A stretch of DNA of 64,000 bases from Candidatus Latescibacterota bacterium (GTDB lineage Bacteria; Latescibacterota; UBA2968; UBA8231): NCBI GenBank assembly GCA_965203355.1, contig OZ241889.1, positions 544,001 to 608,000 of the forward strand, written 5' to 3'. The position numbers and the translations under genes are program-made. The notes under the pieces are model-generated. The model made no database searches. It saw only the letters and a list, made by a program, of their open reading frames with translations, and was not told where the DNA came from. Positions 8,586-17,893 of the stretch are shown here, piece after piece; position 1 is the first letter of the stretch, and each line of letters starts with the position of its first letter.

Positions 8586-9610
8586 AAGAACAACCCCTGC
8601 GCACCACCGTTATCGGCTCCTACCCCTTTCCGAGTTGGCTCGACCACGCGGCTGAGCATCTAGCGGCCTTCGGGCCAGACGACATCGCCGAGATGCAGGA
8701 CGACGCGGTCGTTGCCGCGGTCGGCGACCAAGTGCGCGCCGGACTCGATGTCGTAACCGACGGCGAGCAGACCCGCTTTGATTTTAACCTTTCCTTTTAC
8801 GGCTATCTCGAAGGTATTGATCTAGAGTCCGCACCCCCGAGGCTCTTCGGCCCGCCCGCCCACGACCAGCGCGGTCGCCACGCAATCACCGGACCGCTGC
8901 AAGCACCGCACGGCTTGGGCGCGGTGGAGGAGTTTGCGCGGCTCAAGCGATTGGCGCCAGCAGGGCCGACGCTCAAGGCGAGCGTACCGGGGCCTTATAC
9001 CTTGAGCGGACGACTCGCGCCCAACGACCAGTACCCAGACCGCTGGAAGGTGACCGAGGCACTGCTGCCGATTGTGCGGAGCGAGTTGGAGGCACTCTGT
9101 GCGGCGGGTTGCACAGAACTGACCGTTGACGAGCCGTCGATGAGTTGCTATGCCCACCGCGAAGATCCAGCGCGCTTCGTCGACATCTTCAACCGCACGG
9201 TCGAATCCGTCGCGGGCCAGTGTCGGCTTTCAACCCACTTGTGCTTTGGCAACTACAAGGGCCGCGCCGTGGGGCTGCGCCGCTACGCGCCCATGTTCCC
9301 GGCCTTCTTGGACATGCAGGTCGATGAAATGCACGTCGAAATGGCCAGCCGCGAGTTCGCCGAGTTGGAAATCATCGGCCAAATCGCCGCGAAGATGGAC
9401 GTGGCTGTGGGGATTGTCGATGTGAAGAGCTACTATATTGAAACCGCAGCGGACATTGCGGCGCGGGTGGAGGCATGCCTGGCGTATGCCCCGGCTGACA
9501 AGCTCTCTTTTGCGCCCGATTGCGGGCTAAGCCAAACGGCGCGTTGGGCAGCGCGGCAGAAGTTGGAGAACATGGTGGCTGGGGTGAGGGCCGTGCGAGA
9601 GAAGCTGTGA
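8582..9610 (+). CDS. Cobalamin-independent methionine synthase II family protein (MetE C-terminal/core domain only)
   Basis: TTVIGSYP, GLDVVTDGEQ, PGPYTL, VDEP, Zn ligands THLC...E...PDCG. Confidence 0.85.
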   Translation: MKEQPLRTTVIGSYPFPSWLDHAAEHLAAFGPDDIAEMQDDAVVAAVGDQVRAGLDVVTDGEQTRFDFNLSFYGYLEGIDLESAPPRLFGPPAHDQRGRHAITGPLQAPHGLGAVEEFARLKRLAPAGPTLKASVPGPYTLSGRLAPNDQYPDRWKVTEALLPIVRSELEALCAAGCTELTVDEPSMSCYAHREDPARFVDIFNRTVESVAGQCRLSTHLCFGNYKGRAVGLRRYAPMFPAFLDMQVDEMHVEMASREFAELEIIGQIAAKMDVAVGIVDVKSYYIETAADIAARVEACLAYAPADKLSFAPDCGLSQTARWAARQKLENMVAGVRAVREKL

Positions 9611-9696
9611 TATTGCCAACGCAGCGAGAAACAGTGACCAGCCCGAGGCCCGATCGCTACAAAGTCTCCACAGCGGAATACGTCCAGTACCAGAAG
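9607..9696 (+). pseudogene. 5' fragment of a gene (PhyH-like start) truncated by the R-M insertion
   Basis: GTG overlapping the upstream TGA; ILPTQRETVTSPRPDRYKVSTAEYVQYQK stops where a PhyH GYL motif would be expected and GC content drops. Confidence 0.4.
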
Positions 9697-9731
9697 TCGT
9701 CGAGCACTTGGTTGATGTGGAAGAAAAAGCC

Positions 9732-10685
9732 ATGCCTGACTTAACTAAAGCCACGCGACTCCGAGCAAAAGCCTCATTCTCGAGTGCATTACAGAACTTT
9801 GTCCAGAGAATGAGTGAGCATGTTAGCACAGAGGACGGAACATGGACTGTTAAGGGCTTCATCGACATTTACCGGAATATCTATACCATCAGTCCAGACA
9901 CGAAAATTATCTCAAAGATTCTCGAGATCCATCTTTTTCCCCAGATTCTTAAGTTTGCACAAGAATACGACTACTCGATCGTACTGGCTGAGAAACAGAA
10001 TTGGTACCCCGACCTAAGTTTCGTCAGTCAAGCTGATCCAAACCTCAAGTTCGCGGTTGATCTGAAAACGACATATCGAGACCTTAAATCTCCTGGACAT
10101 GTCAACGGATTCACGCTCGGTAGTCACGGTGCGTACTTTAAAAATCGAGAGTCAAGAAAAAATATCCAGTTTCCATATAGCGACTACTCGGGACACTTTT
10201 GTTTCGGCATAATCTACACTCGAGCAGAGGCCAAAGATATCGACGATCCTAAAGTCATCAACGTTCGCGAACTCAACGAGGACAAAGAGTCGCCTCTTCG
10301 CTCAGTGCAACGCGCTGTAAAGACAGTGGAAAATCTCTGCTCCATTGTATCGGTGATCAAGGATTTTCAATTTTTCGTCTGTGAGAAATGGCAATTAGCC
10401 AGTGATCGACAAGGTTCTGGGAATACGGCCAACATTGGATCGATCACTGCCATTGACGACATTTTGCAAGGGAATGGAATCTTTGCGAAGCTAGGAGAGG
10501 ATTGGTTTGACGAGTACTGGATGAACTACGGCGTTACAAAAATGAAGACGGATGGAAAAACGATACCAATTAAGAGGCTTGAAGATTTTGTCGCTTTCAA
10601 AGGAGGCGACAAGGACATGATTGTCCCCGTCAAAAAGAAGAGAAAAGAGGCAAAACGTGAGGCGCGTCGTCACTCCTCCGCTTAA
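9732..10685 (+). CDS. EcoRV-family type II restriction endonuclease
   Basis: DTKIISKILE, QNWYPD, AVDLKTTY, FTLG, GSGNTANIGS, YWMNY match EcoRV motifs. Confidence 0.88.
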   Translation: MPDLTKATRLRAKASFSSALQNFVQRMSEHVSTEDGTWTVKGFIDIYRNIYTISPDTKIISKILEIHLFPQILKFAQEYDYSIVLAEKQNWYPDLSFVSQADPNLKFAVDLKTTYRDLKSPGHVNGFTLGSHGAYFKNRESRKNIQFPYSDYSGHFCFGIIYTRAEAKDIDDPKVINVRELNEDKESPLRSVQRAVKTVENLCSIVSVIKDFQFFVCEKWQLASDRQGSGNTANIGSITAIDDILQGNGIFAKLGEDWFDEYWMNYGVTKMKTDGKTIPIKRLEDFVAFKGGDKDMIVPVKKKRKEAKREARRHSSA

Positions 10686-11604
10686 AAGCCAAGGAATCAA
10701 GACCAAACTGGTGCCGTGGATACAGGCTCTCGTGCCCAAAGTCAAGGGACGATGGATAGAGCCATTTTTGGGGACTGGCGTCGTCGCCTTTAACGCGGGA
10801 TTCAAGGAGACCCTACTCGGTGATACCAATCCCCACATTATCCACTTCTACCAGCAGATTCAACAGGGTGTCATCCATCCCCCGCACGTTCGCGCCTATC
10901 TCGAAAAAGAAGGATTACATCTGCGACAGGCCGGTAGCAATGGATACGACCACTTCACCTATATAAAGGAACGCTTCAATCGGAACCACGACCCACTCGA
11001 CTTCTTATTTCTCTCCAGAGCCGGATTCAATGGGATGATGCGCTTCAACAAGAAAGGCGAATGGAACATTCCCTTCTGCAAAAAGCCAGAGCGCTTCAGC
11101 CGTTCCTACATCACCAAAATAGTAAACCAAGTCCGCGATGTGGCCTGCCTAATTCAACCGGGATGGACGTTTGAAATCGCCCCATTCGAGGCCGTGATTG
11201 AACAGGCAACCAGCGATGACATCATCTACTGCGATCCACCCTACACTGGTCGTCATGTTGATTACTACAATGGCTGGACGGAGGCCGACGAAGCGCGGCT
11301 TTGTCAACTGCTTTCGGCGACTCCGGCGCGGTTTATTCTTTCTACGTGGCATCACAACGACTATCGAGAAAACGAAATGGTAGCACGCCATTGGAACCGG
11401 TTCAACATCATAACCCGCGATCACTTTTACCATTCCGGTGGCAAGATAGAGAACAGACGCTCGGTTGTCGAAGCATTGGTTTTCAACTTTTCAGCCCACA
11501 TCGAACATCATAATCACGGCGTGTTACCCAAGCCAGAACAGCTCATGCTACTCAAAGAACGGGCTGAGTACGTCGCTCGGCAATTGAAGCGAGTGTGCGC
11601 GTAG
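10657..11604 (+). CDS. Dam/M.EcoRV-family DNA adenine methyltransferase
   Basis: PPLKSQGIKTKL, EPFLGTG, FNGMMRFN, DPPY. Confidence 0.92.
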   Translation: MRRVVTPPLKSQGIKTKLVPWIQALVPKVKGRWIEPFLGTGVVAFNAGFKETLLGDTNPHIIHFYQQIQQGVIHPPHVRAYLEKEGLHLRQAGSNGYDHFTYIKERFNRNHDPLDFLFLSRAGFNGMMRFNKKGEWNIPFCKKPERFSRSYITKIVNQVRDVACLIQPGWTFEIAPFEAVIEQATSDDIIYCDPPYTGRHVDYYNGWTEADEARLCQLLSATPARFILSTWHHNDYRENEMVARHWNRFNIITRDHFYHSGGKIENRRSVVEALVFNFSAHIEHHNHGVLPKPEQLMLLKERAEYVARQLKRVCA

Positions 11605-11684
11605 CGTCCACCGACAGCTTTTCGAGGCAACCTTCAGCATCTCATTCGCGTCTGCGTCGATCAATTCCAATTGGTTTTGGCATC

Positions 11685-12491
11685 CTAGGGCCTGTGATCC
11701 GTGTCGATGGGCACTTCGTCGTTGTCTAGGAAGCGCTCGGTGGTATTGTGGGTCGCCGGACTAGTGCGGAAATCGGCGATCCAAGGCTGGCGGAAATAAG
11801 CCTGCTTTTCGCGTGGCAGACTGTGTAGCACCACCGGGGGAATCTTCAGCCGATGCCAGTGGGTAGCCAAATGCGAATAGGCGTTTAATACGGTGACGCG
11901 CGGGGTATCGCGGCGCCATACCGGCCCGGCGTGACACAAGTTTTCCGTAAAAAAGACCGCGCTGCCAGCCGGGCAAGCGTACGTGGTGAGGAAGGGACTG
12001 CGCTTGCCTTCTTCCAGCGACAGATGATCTTCGTGGATGGGAAATTCCGACTTGTGGCTGCCGATTAAGAAATGGGTGCTCTGATCTGCTAGCGCGATCT
12101 CCGTCAGTTCAAAAATAACCCGCACCATACCGGCGTGGATGCGCCCGTTTTTCACCCGATAGCCAAAAATGGGATCGGCCTGGCTGGGGCCACCCCCGTG
12201 TAGCGGACCGTGCGCCTCGCCCTTTTGGCGCCAGACGCAACTACAGCCTTCCAATCTTATATCCGGTCCGATTACCTCCCGAATTACATCAACTACCTGA
12301 GGGTGATCGATCAGTAGGCTGGCCGGGCCGCCGGGCACGTCGCGGTGTTCGGGCGGCAGCGATTCGGGGGCGTGCTTGATGCGGTTGATCTGATCGACGA
12401 TGGCCGCGATTTCGGCGGGCGTCAAGATGGCGGGGCGCACCAAAAAGCCGGTGAGGTCAAAGCGGAAGCGTTCTTCTTCGGTCATGGCCAT
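11685..12491 (-). CDS. PhyH-family Fe(II)/2OG enzyme with HxG iron motif
   Basis: MTEEERFRFDLTGFL, LHGGG, GSHKS, FFTENLCH. Confidence 0.78.
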   Translation of the reverse strand: MAMTEEERFRFDLTGFLVRPAILTPAEIAAIVDQINRIKHAPESLPPEHRDVPGGPASLLIDHPQVVDVIREVIGPDIRLEGCSCVWRQKGEAHGPLHGGGPSQADPIFGYRVKNGRIHAGMVRVIFELTEIALADQSTHFLIGSHKSEFPIHEDHLSLEEGKRSPFLTTYACPAGSAVFFTENLCHAGPVWRRDTPRVTVLNAYSHLATHWHRLKIPPVVLHSLPREKQAYFRQPWIADFRTSPATHNTTERFLDNDEVPIDTDHRP

Positions 12492-12796
12492 AATGTTTTT
12501 CTTGAGATAGAAAGCGGGCCGGTCTCGCGCAGCCGAGATCGAAACCGAAAATAGAGGAAACAAAACGGTGCTCAAGATACCCCAATGCGCCGCTGCAATC
12601 AAGCAGTGGTTACAGACAAAGCAAGTCCGCGCAAAAAAATGGGCCACCCCCTGAGTGGACATCCATCGCCCAGCTTTTGCGCTAACTCTTGAAGGCAATA
12701 TATCTTGAAGGCCGCCTTGGCACTCAGCGGGCAAACGGCGCGTTTCGCCGGGCAACCGAACCAAAAAGCCAACTCGGAAAAGGAGAACTGACTTCC

Positions 12797-13633
12797 ATGA
12801 GCGAGTCAAAGAGCGATGCAACTTATACGATGGGACGCACCCAAGAGGAGGCGGATCGTCTCATTCAGCAGTCGCAACTGTACGACGCCGTGACGCGGCG
12901 TTTTTTTAGCGAAGCGGGTATCAGCCGCGGGATGAAGGTGCTCGACATTGGCAGCGGTGCCGGCGATGTGGCCATGACCGCCGCCGAGTTGGTCGGGCCA
13001 GAAGGGGCTGTCGTGGGCGTGGATGTAAATCCGGCGATTCTCGAAACGGCACAAGCACGGGCGCAGGGAGCCGGATTCACCAACGTCGAATTTGTCGCCG
13101 GGGATGCCCGGGCCTTGGACTTGGGGAACGACTTCAACGCCGTGATCGGGCGGCTAGTCCTTATGTACATGGCCGATCCCGCCGACGCCTTGCAACAGCT
13201 CGCAACTCGCTTATGTCCGGGGGGAATCGTGGCTTTTCAGGAGGCTGATTTCACGCCCTACCAGCAGGTGCATAGTCCAGACACGCCTTTGGCAAACGAG
13301 CTGATCGGCTGGATACTCGAGGTATTCGAGCGTTCTGGAGCCCATATCGACATGGGCTTCGGCCTGTACCGCGCTTTTGTCGAGGCGGGCCTGCCCAAGC
13401 CGTACATGCACTGCGAGTATCCGGTCGGCGGGCCGGACGGTTGGGCCGGATACCAATACGCTGTCAACAGCTTGCGCAGCCTGATTCCGCTCCTCGAACA
13501 GTACGGCATCGCCACCGCGGCAGAGATCGACATAGAAACCCTAGCCGAGCGGATTCGGCGAGAAGTGGTGGTGTCAAAACGCCCGATACGCTTAGCACCC
13601 CATGTAACCGCTTGGGCGCAGCTTGCGAGCTAA
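12797..13633 (+). CDS. Class I SAM-dependent methyltransferase
   Basis: VLDIGSGAGD, GVD, LCPGG; AAGGAG RBS. Confidence 0.88.
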   Translation: MSESKSDATYTMGRTQEEADRLIQQSQLYDAVTRRFFSEAGISRGMKVLDIGSGAGDVAMTAAELVGPEGAVVGVDVNPAILETAQARAQGAGFTNVEFVAGDARALDLGNDFNAVIGRLVLMYMADPADALQQLATRLCPGGIVAFQEADFTPYQQVHSPDTPLANELIGWILEVFERSGAHIDMGFGLYRAFVEAGLPKPYMHCEYPVGGPDGWAGYQYAVNSLRSLIPLLEQYGIATAAEIDIETLAERIRREVVVSKRPIRLAPHVTAWAQLAS

Positions 13634-13637
13634 GACC

Positions 13638-14714
13638 ATGAGCAAATGGAAAATCGCCGGGATCAACTTCGATCATCTACACATGAGCGACAATTTGCGC
13701 ATGGCCTTTGAGCACCCAAGCGTCGAAATCGTCGGCATCTGCGACGAGCGGCCCGAGCGCATGAAGCAAGCGTGCGAGAATTTTTCCATTCCGGCGAACC
13801 GGGTTTTCAGCGACTACCGGGAATGTCTGGAAAAGACCCAGCCGGACATCGTCCTTTTGTGTCCAGCCACCGCCGAGCACGGGGCGTGGACCGAAAAGGT
13901 CGCGCCCTTCGGCACGCACATCATCATGGAAAAACCCTTCGCCGCCACCCTCGCCGAGGCGGACCGGATGCAACGCGCCATGGCGGGGACGGGCAAACTG
14001 TTGGCGATCAACTGGCCGCTGGCTTGGTATCCACCGCACCGCACCGCACGGCGGCTCATAGCCGAAGGCGAGATCGGCGAGGTGATCGAAGTTCACTACT
14101 ACGACGGCAACCGAGGGCCGCTGTGGCACCTCGCCGACAAAGTGGAGCGCACCGCCGACGCTGTCGAGCGAGAAAAGCCCAAGAGTTGGTTTTACAAAAA
14201 GGAGGCGGGCGGTGGCTCCCTACTGGATTACCTAGGCTACGGCACCACATTGGGCACTTGGTACATGGATGGCCGGGCGCCAATTGAAGTGACAGCCACC
14301 GTAGATCAGCCGCCGGGGCTCGAAGTGGACGAGCACTGCATTGCGGTGGCGCGCTACGAGCGGGGCTTGTCGAAATTTGAGACGCGCTGGGGCACCTTTA
14401 CCGATCCTTGGACCCGGCAACCCCAGCCCAAGTGCGGCTTCGTCATTGTCGGCAGCGAGGGCACGATCAGTTCCTACGACTACGAGGAGGTAATCCGCGT
14501 ACAGACGCGGGCGCAGCCAGCAACCGAGGAACGGCCAGTAGATAGGCTCGAACCGCCTTTTCAGAATCCCGTCCAGTACGTGATTCACTGCCTTGAAGAG
14601 GACCAACCCATTGAGGGGCCGCTCTCGCCGGCACTGTGCCGCATCGGCCAACAGATCGTCGATACGGCTTGTCAGAGCGCCGTGCAGAAGCGCACGTTAC
14701 CGCTGATTCAATAG
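13638..14714 (+). CDS. Gfo/Idh/MocA family oxidoreductase
   Basis: HIIMEKPFA, GGGSLLDYLGYG. Confidence 0.88.
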   Translation: MSKWKIAGINFDHLHMSDNLRMAFEHPSVEIVGICDERPERMKQACENFSIPANRVFSDYRECLEKTQPDIVLLCPATAEHGAWTEKVAPFGTHIIMEKPFAATLAEADRMQRAMAGTGKLLAINWPLAWYPPHRTARRLIAEGEIGEVIEVHYYDGNRGPLWHLADKVERTADAVEREKPKSWFYKKEAGGGSLLDYLGYGTTLGTWYMDGRAPIEVTATVDQPPGLEVDEHCIAVARYERGLSKFETRWGTFTDPWTRQPQPKCGFVIVGSEGTISSYDYEEVIRVQTRAQPATEERPVDRLEPPFQNPVQYVIHCLEEDQPIEGPLSPALCRIGQQIVDTACQSAVQKRTLPLIQ

Positions 14715-14717
14715 CGC

Positions 14718-15836
14718 ATGGCAGCAGGCCAAGACAGCGGCTATGGCCGAGGCAAAACCGGATCAGAGGCCGCAGTAGAAGCCCCGGACTTACCCTACCA
14801 GCCACGCGACCCAGCGACCTATCGTCCGCGGATCGGCCTAATCGGCTGCGGCGGCATCTCCGAGATGCACTTGCGGGCCTACCAAAACGCCGGCTATGAG
14901 GTCGCAGCCCTGTGCAGCCGCGATCGGGGGCGCGTCGCGCAGCGGCAGCGGGCATTCTATCCGGCGGCTGACACATACCTCGACTATCGGGACCTGCTCG
15001 CCCGCGACGATATTGAGGTGGTGGACGTTACGCCGCATCCACAAGATCGACTGCCGATCCTCGAAGCGGCCATTGACGCCGGCAAACACATCCTCAGCCA
15101 GAAGCCTTTTGTGCTCGATTTGGATGTGGGCGAGGCACTGATTGCGCGGGCTGAGCGGCGCGGTGTGCAACTGGCCGTCAATCAAAATGGCCGCTGGGCA
15201 CCGCATTTCAGCTACATGCGCCACGCAGTGGCCGCTGGTTTGGTCGGCCAAGTGCAGAGCGTCGAGTTCGCCGTGCATTGGGATCACAATTGGATCGCCG
15301 GCTCGGCCTTTGACCTGGTGGAAGACCTGATACTCTACGACTTTGGGATGCACTGGTTTGACATGGCGGCGGTGCTCTTAGGCGACGAAACGCCGCAACG
15401 AGTCCAAGCCTCAGCCCGGCACGCAGCCGATCAAGGCGCCAAACCGCCGCTTTTGGCTCAAGCCGCGATTGAGTGCGCGGGCGCACAGGCGACGATTTTC
15501 TTTAACGGCAATACACGTCAAGGGCAACAGGACCGCACCTATCTCGTCGGCACGGAGGGCACCCTAGGGGCCAGCGGCGTGGATCTGACGGCGCAGGAAG
15601 TTACTTTGTACACCGCCGCAGGCGTGGCCCGGCCCCCGCTTGTGGGGACGTGGTTTGAGCAGGGGTTTCACGGGACCATGGCCGAGCTGCTCTGCGCTGT
15701 CGAAGAGGGCCGCGAGCCGAGCAACAGTGCCCGCGCTAATCTCGCGAGTTTGGCGCTGTGCTTTGCGGCCGTGGCGAGCGCTCACCGCGGCGCGCCGATC
15801 GCGCCGGGGACGGTGCGGCGCTTGCCAACCCGATAG
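14718..15836 (+). CDS. Gfo/Idh/MocA family oxidoreductase
   Basis: GLIGCGGI, GKHILSQKP, VNQNGRW, DFGMHWFD. Confidence 0.88.
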   Translation: MAAGQDSGYGRGKTGSEAAVEAPDLPYQPRDPATYRPRIGLIGCGGISEMHLRAYQNAGYEVAALCSRDRGRVAQRQRAFYPAADTYLDYRDLLARDDIEVVDVTPHPQDRLPILEAAIDAGKHILSQKPFVLDLDVGEALIARAERRGVQLAVNQNGRWAPHFSYMRHAVAAGLVGQVQSVEFAVHWDHNWIAGSAFDLVEDLILYDFGMHWFDMAAVLLGDETPQRVQASARHAADQGAKPPLLAQAAIECAGAQATIFFNGNTRQGQQDRTYLVGTEGTLGASGVDLTAQEVTLYTAAGVARPPLVGTWFEQGFHGTMAELLCAVEEGREPSNSARANLASLALCFAAVASAHRGAPIAPGTVRRLPTR

Positions 15837-15861
15837 ACGGCAATCCGCTTGGAGATTTCCC

Positions 15862-16028
15862 ATGAATGCAGCCTGCCTACAGCACATGTTGACCGAGGAG
15901 GAGCACCTGATGGATTGCGGCATCCGATCCGCTAGGTGCCGGACCAAGCGGCGGGCATGGCTACACTGGGCCGCAAGAAGAAGACGCGCCGCTGAGAGCA
16001 TCTGGGGGACGAAGCGGTCGTGCGGTGA
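15862..16028 (+). pseudogene. Internally deleted PhyH-like gene (both termini retained)
   Basis: GGAG RBS + MNAACLQHMLTEEE (PhyH-type start), then fragments GYTGPQEEDAPLR and EHLGDEAVVR* in shifting frames. Confidence 0.45.
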
Positions 16029-16178
16029 GCGAATGGCATTGGTAGTCCCCCAAAAAGCGTCTTAATTTAATTGACTCCGCGCTGGTGCTCTTGACGCGCC
16101 GGCAGACTGTACAACGATCTGCGTCGTCCCACGTACACGGCTGACGCAGACGCAACCGATGGCGAAAGGAGATTTCCA

Positions 16179-16670
16179 ATGGCCGTTATCAATGAACTGC
16201 TCGAAAACAACGCCCGCTATGCCGAAAGCTTCGACAAGGGCGCCCTGCCCCTGCCGCCAAGGCTGCGCTTGGCGGTGGTGGCCTGCATGGACGCACGCAT
16301 CGACACGCACAGCCTGTTGGGGATCGCGGAAGGGGACGCGCACGTGATTCGGAATGCGGGCGGCGTGATAACCGACGACGCGATTCGTTCGCTGACTATT
16401 TCGCAGCGGCTACTGGGCACGACTTCGATCATGCTCATCCACCACACGGACTGCGGCATGCTGACGTTCCGCGACGACGACGTGAAGGACGAGATCGCCG
16501 CCGACACCGGCATCCGCCCGGCCTTTTCCCTAGAGGCGTTTGGCGATCTTGAGCAGGACGTACGGCAGTCAATCGCCCGCATTCAGGCCAGCCCGTTCAT
16601 CCCAAACAAGGACGACGTGCGGGGATTCGTCTATGACTGCGCCACCGGAAAGCTGAACGAAGTCGTCTGA
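16179..16670 (+). CDS. Beta-class carbonic anhydrase
   Basis: ACMDARI, IRNAGG, HHTDCG Zn ligands. Confidence 0.92.
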   Translation: MAVINELLENNARYAESFDKGALPLPPRLRLAVVACMDARIDTHSLLGIAEGDAHVIRNAGGVITDDAIRSLTISQRLLGTTSIMLIHHTDCGMLTFRDDDVKDEIAADTGIRPAFSLEAFGDLEQDVRQSIARIQASPFIPNKDDVRGFVYDCATGKLNEVV

Positions 16671-16672
16671 AC

Positions 16673-17209
16673 TTGTTGCTGATTAGGCATTGCCAATCAT
16701 CAGGACAAGATCCGGACGCGCCTCTGACAGATATTGGACGAAAACAAGCGGAAGCACTCGCTGAGTTCTTGTCCGATTACCCGATCGACAGGATCGTCGC
16801 TAGTTCCTACACGCGGGCACGGCAAAGCATTGAGCCGTTTGCTACAAACGTGGGAATGCCTGTTCACTTGGATCGTCGCCTAACTGAACGGACGCTTTCG
16901 GAGAGTCCGATTGAAAATTGGCGCGAGATGGTGCGCGATTCATTTGGCGACTTGGAGTTGCGCTTACCGGGCGGCGAATCCGCACGTGAAGTGTTAGATC
17001 GCGGCTGGGCCGCCATCACCGAACTATTCAATGGCGGTCACCGATTTCCTGCTGCGGTAACTCATGGCAATCTCTTGAGCCTGATCTTGAATTCACTGGA
17101 CGCTAATTTCGGCTACGCTGAATGGGAATCGCTATCGAATCCAGATGTGTTCGCACTGAAAAAAGTTGGCGATGGGCGATTGGTGTTTGATAGGGTCTGG
17201 TCGGAGTAG
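16673..17209 (+). CDS. Histidine phosphatase (phosphoglycerate mutase) family protein
   Basis: LIRHC (RHG variant), LTDIGRKQA, SSYTRARQS, PGGES, VTHG. Confidence 0.82.
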   Translation: MLLIRHCQSSGQDPDAPLTDIGRKQAEALAEFLSDYPIDRIVASSYTRARQSIEPFATNVGMPVHLDRRLTERTLSESPIENWREMVRDSFGDLELRLPGGESAREVLDRGWAAITELFNGGHRFPAAVTHGNLLSLILNSLDANFGYAEWESLSNPDVFALKKVGDGRLVFDRVWSE

Positions 17210-17214
17210 GTACT

Positions 17215-17347
17215 ATGCCGTCTAACAGCGCGATTCGGCCGCGGTGGAAATAGCAAGAAGCGGACCGTTTTGCAATACAAGCCCCTGTACGATGCTTGAG
17301 GCCAGCTAGCCGCAGAAATGAAAGCCAGCCGGGTAGTTGGACAGCAT
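17215..17347 (-). repeat. Degenerate attC-like imperfect inverted repeat
   Basis: ATGCCGTCTAAC (17215-17226) and GTTGGACAGCAT (17336-17347) are 10/12 complementary and fit the RYYYAAC/GTTRRRY boxes. Confidence 0.35.
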
Positions 17348-17449
17348 CGCGGACACACAGAGAGGCCAACGCCCAAGACAAATACAGCAAGACACCAGCG
17401 AACTACCGATAATGGGAAATTTTTAGCGTTCTGGCTCTTTTTTAGCTTT

Positions 17450-17665
17450 TTAGCCCGGCAAGCGCGCCAAAATGAGCGTACCAAGAGCTAGCAGGGTCGT
17501 AAGCTGTATTCCGACCATCCAACGGAAGTCGCGGCGGTGTTCCTGTCGTAGCGCGTCAATGGCGCGCTCAATGGCGTCCAAGCGGTGCGTGAGCTGCTCG
17601 GCGATACCTTCCAGCCGTCCAATACGGCGGTCGTGATCTTGGTCTGGCGTTACAGGTTCGTTCAT
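17450..17665 (-). CDS. Small coiled-coil protein with C-terminal TM anchor (DUF1640/CCDC90-like)
   Basis: RIGRLEG...RLDAIE...DFRWMVGIQLTTLLALG; AAGGAGG RBS. Confidence 0.65.
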   Translation of the reverse strand: MNEPVTPDQDHDRRIGRLEGIAEQLTHRLDAIERAIDALRQEHRRDFRWMVGIQLTTLLALGTLILARLPG

Positions 17666-17748
17666 AGCGCGGCCCTCCTTGCCTTGCGCTGGCGTAAGGC
17701 TTGTCGGCGCGGCCTGCGGCGACCTAAAGCGTCACGTTCAATGTCCAT
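17662..17748 (-). CDS. 28-aa Arg-rich upstream mini-ORF, ATGA-coupled to the DUF1640-like gene
   Basis: AAGGA RBS; MDIERDALGRRRPRRQALRQRKARRAAL*; stop overlaps the downstream ATG. Confidence 0.35.
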   Translation of the reverse strand: MDIERDALGRRRPRRQALRQRKARRAAL

Positions 17749-17893
17749 GTGAAGTTATCCTTGTTGGTGGACACTACATTGCGTCCATAAAGAGAGCATC
17801 ACGGCAGGCAGGCGCGTTGTCAAGGCAGGCGTTATACTAACTCGAAGGCCAATTATTCGGCCCACTGCGCGACCTTCGCTCCAGCCAACTTAC

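Noticed and set aside
12687-12712. TCTTGAAGGC direct repeat in a divergent intergenic region
   Set aside because: Could be an operator, but there are only two copies and no regulator nearby.
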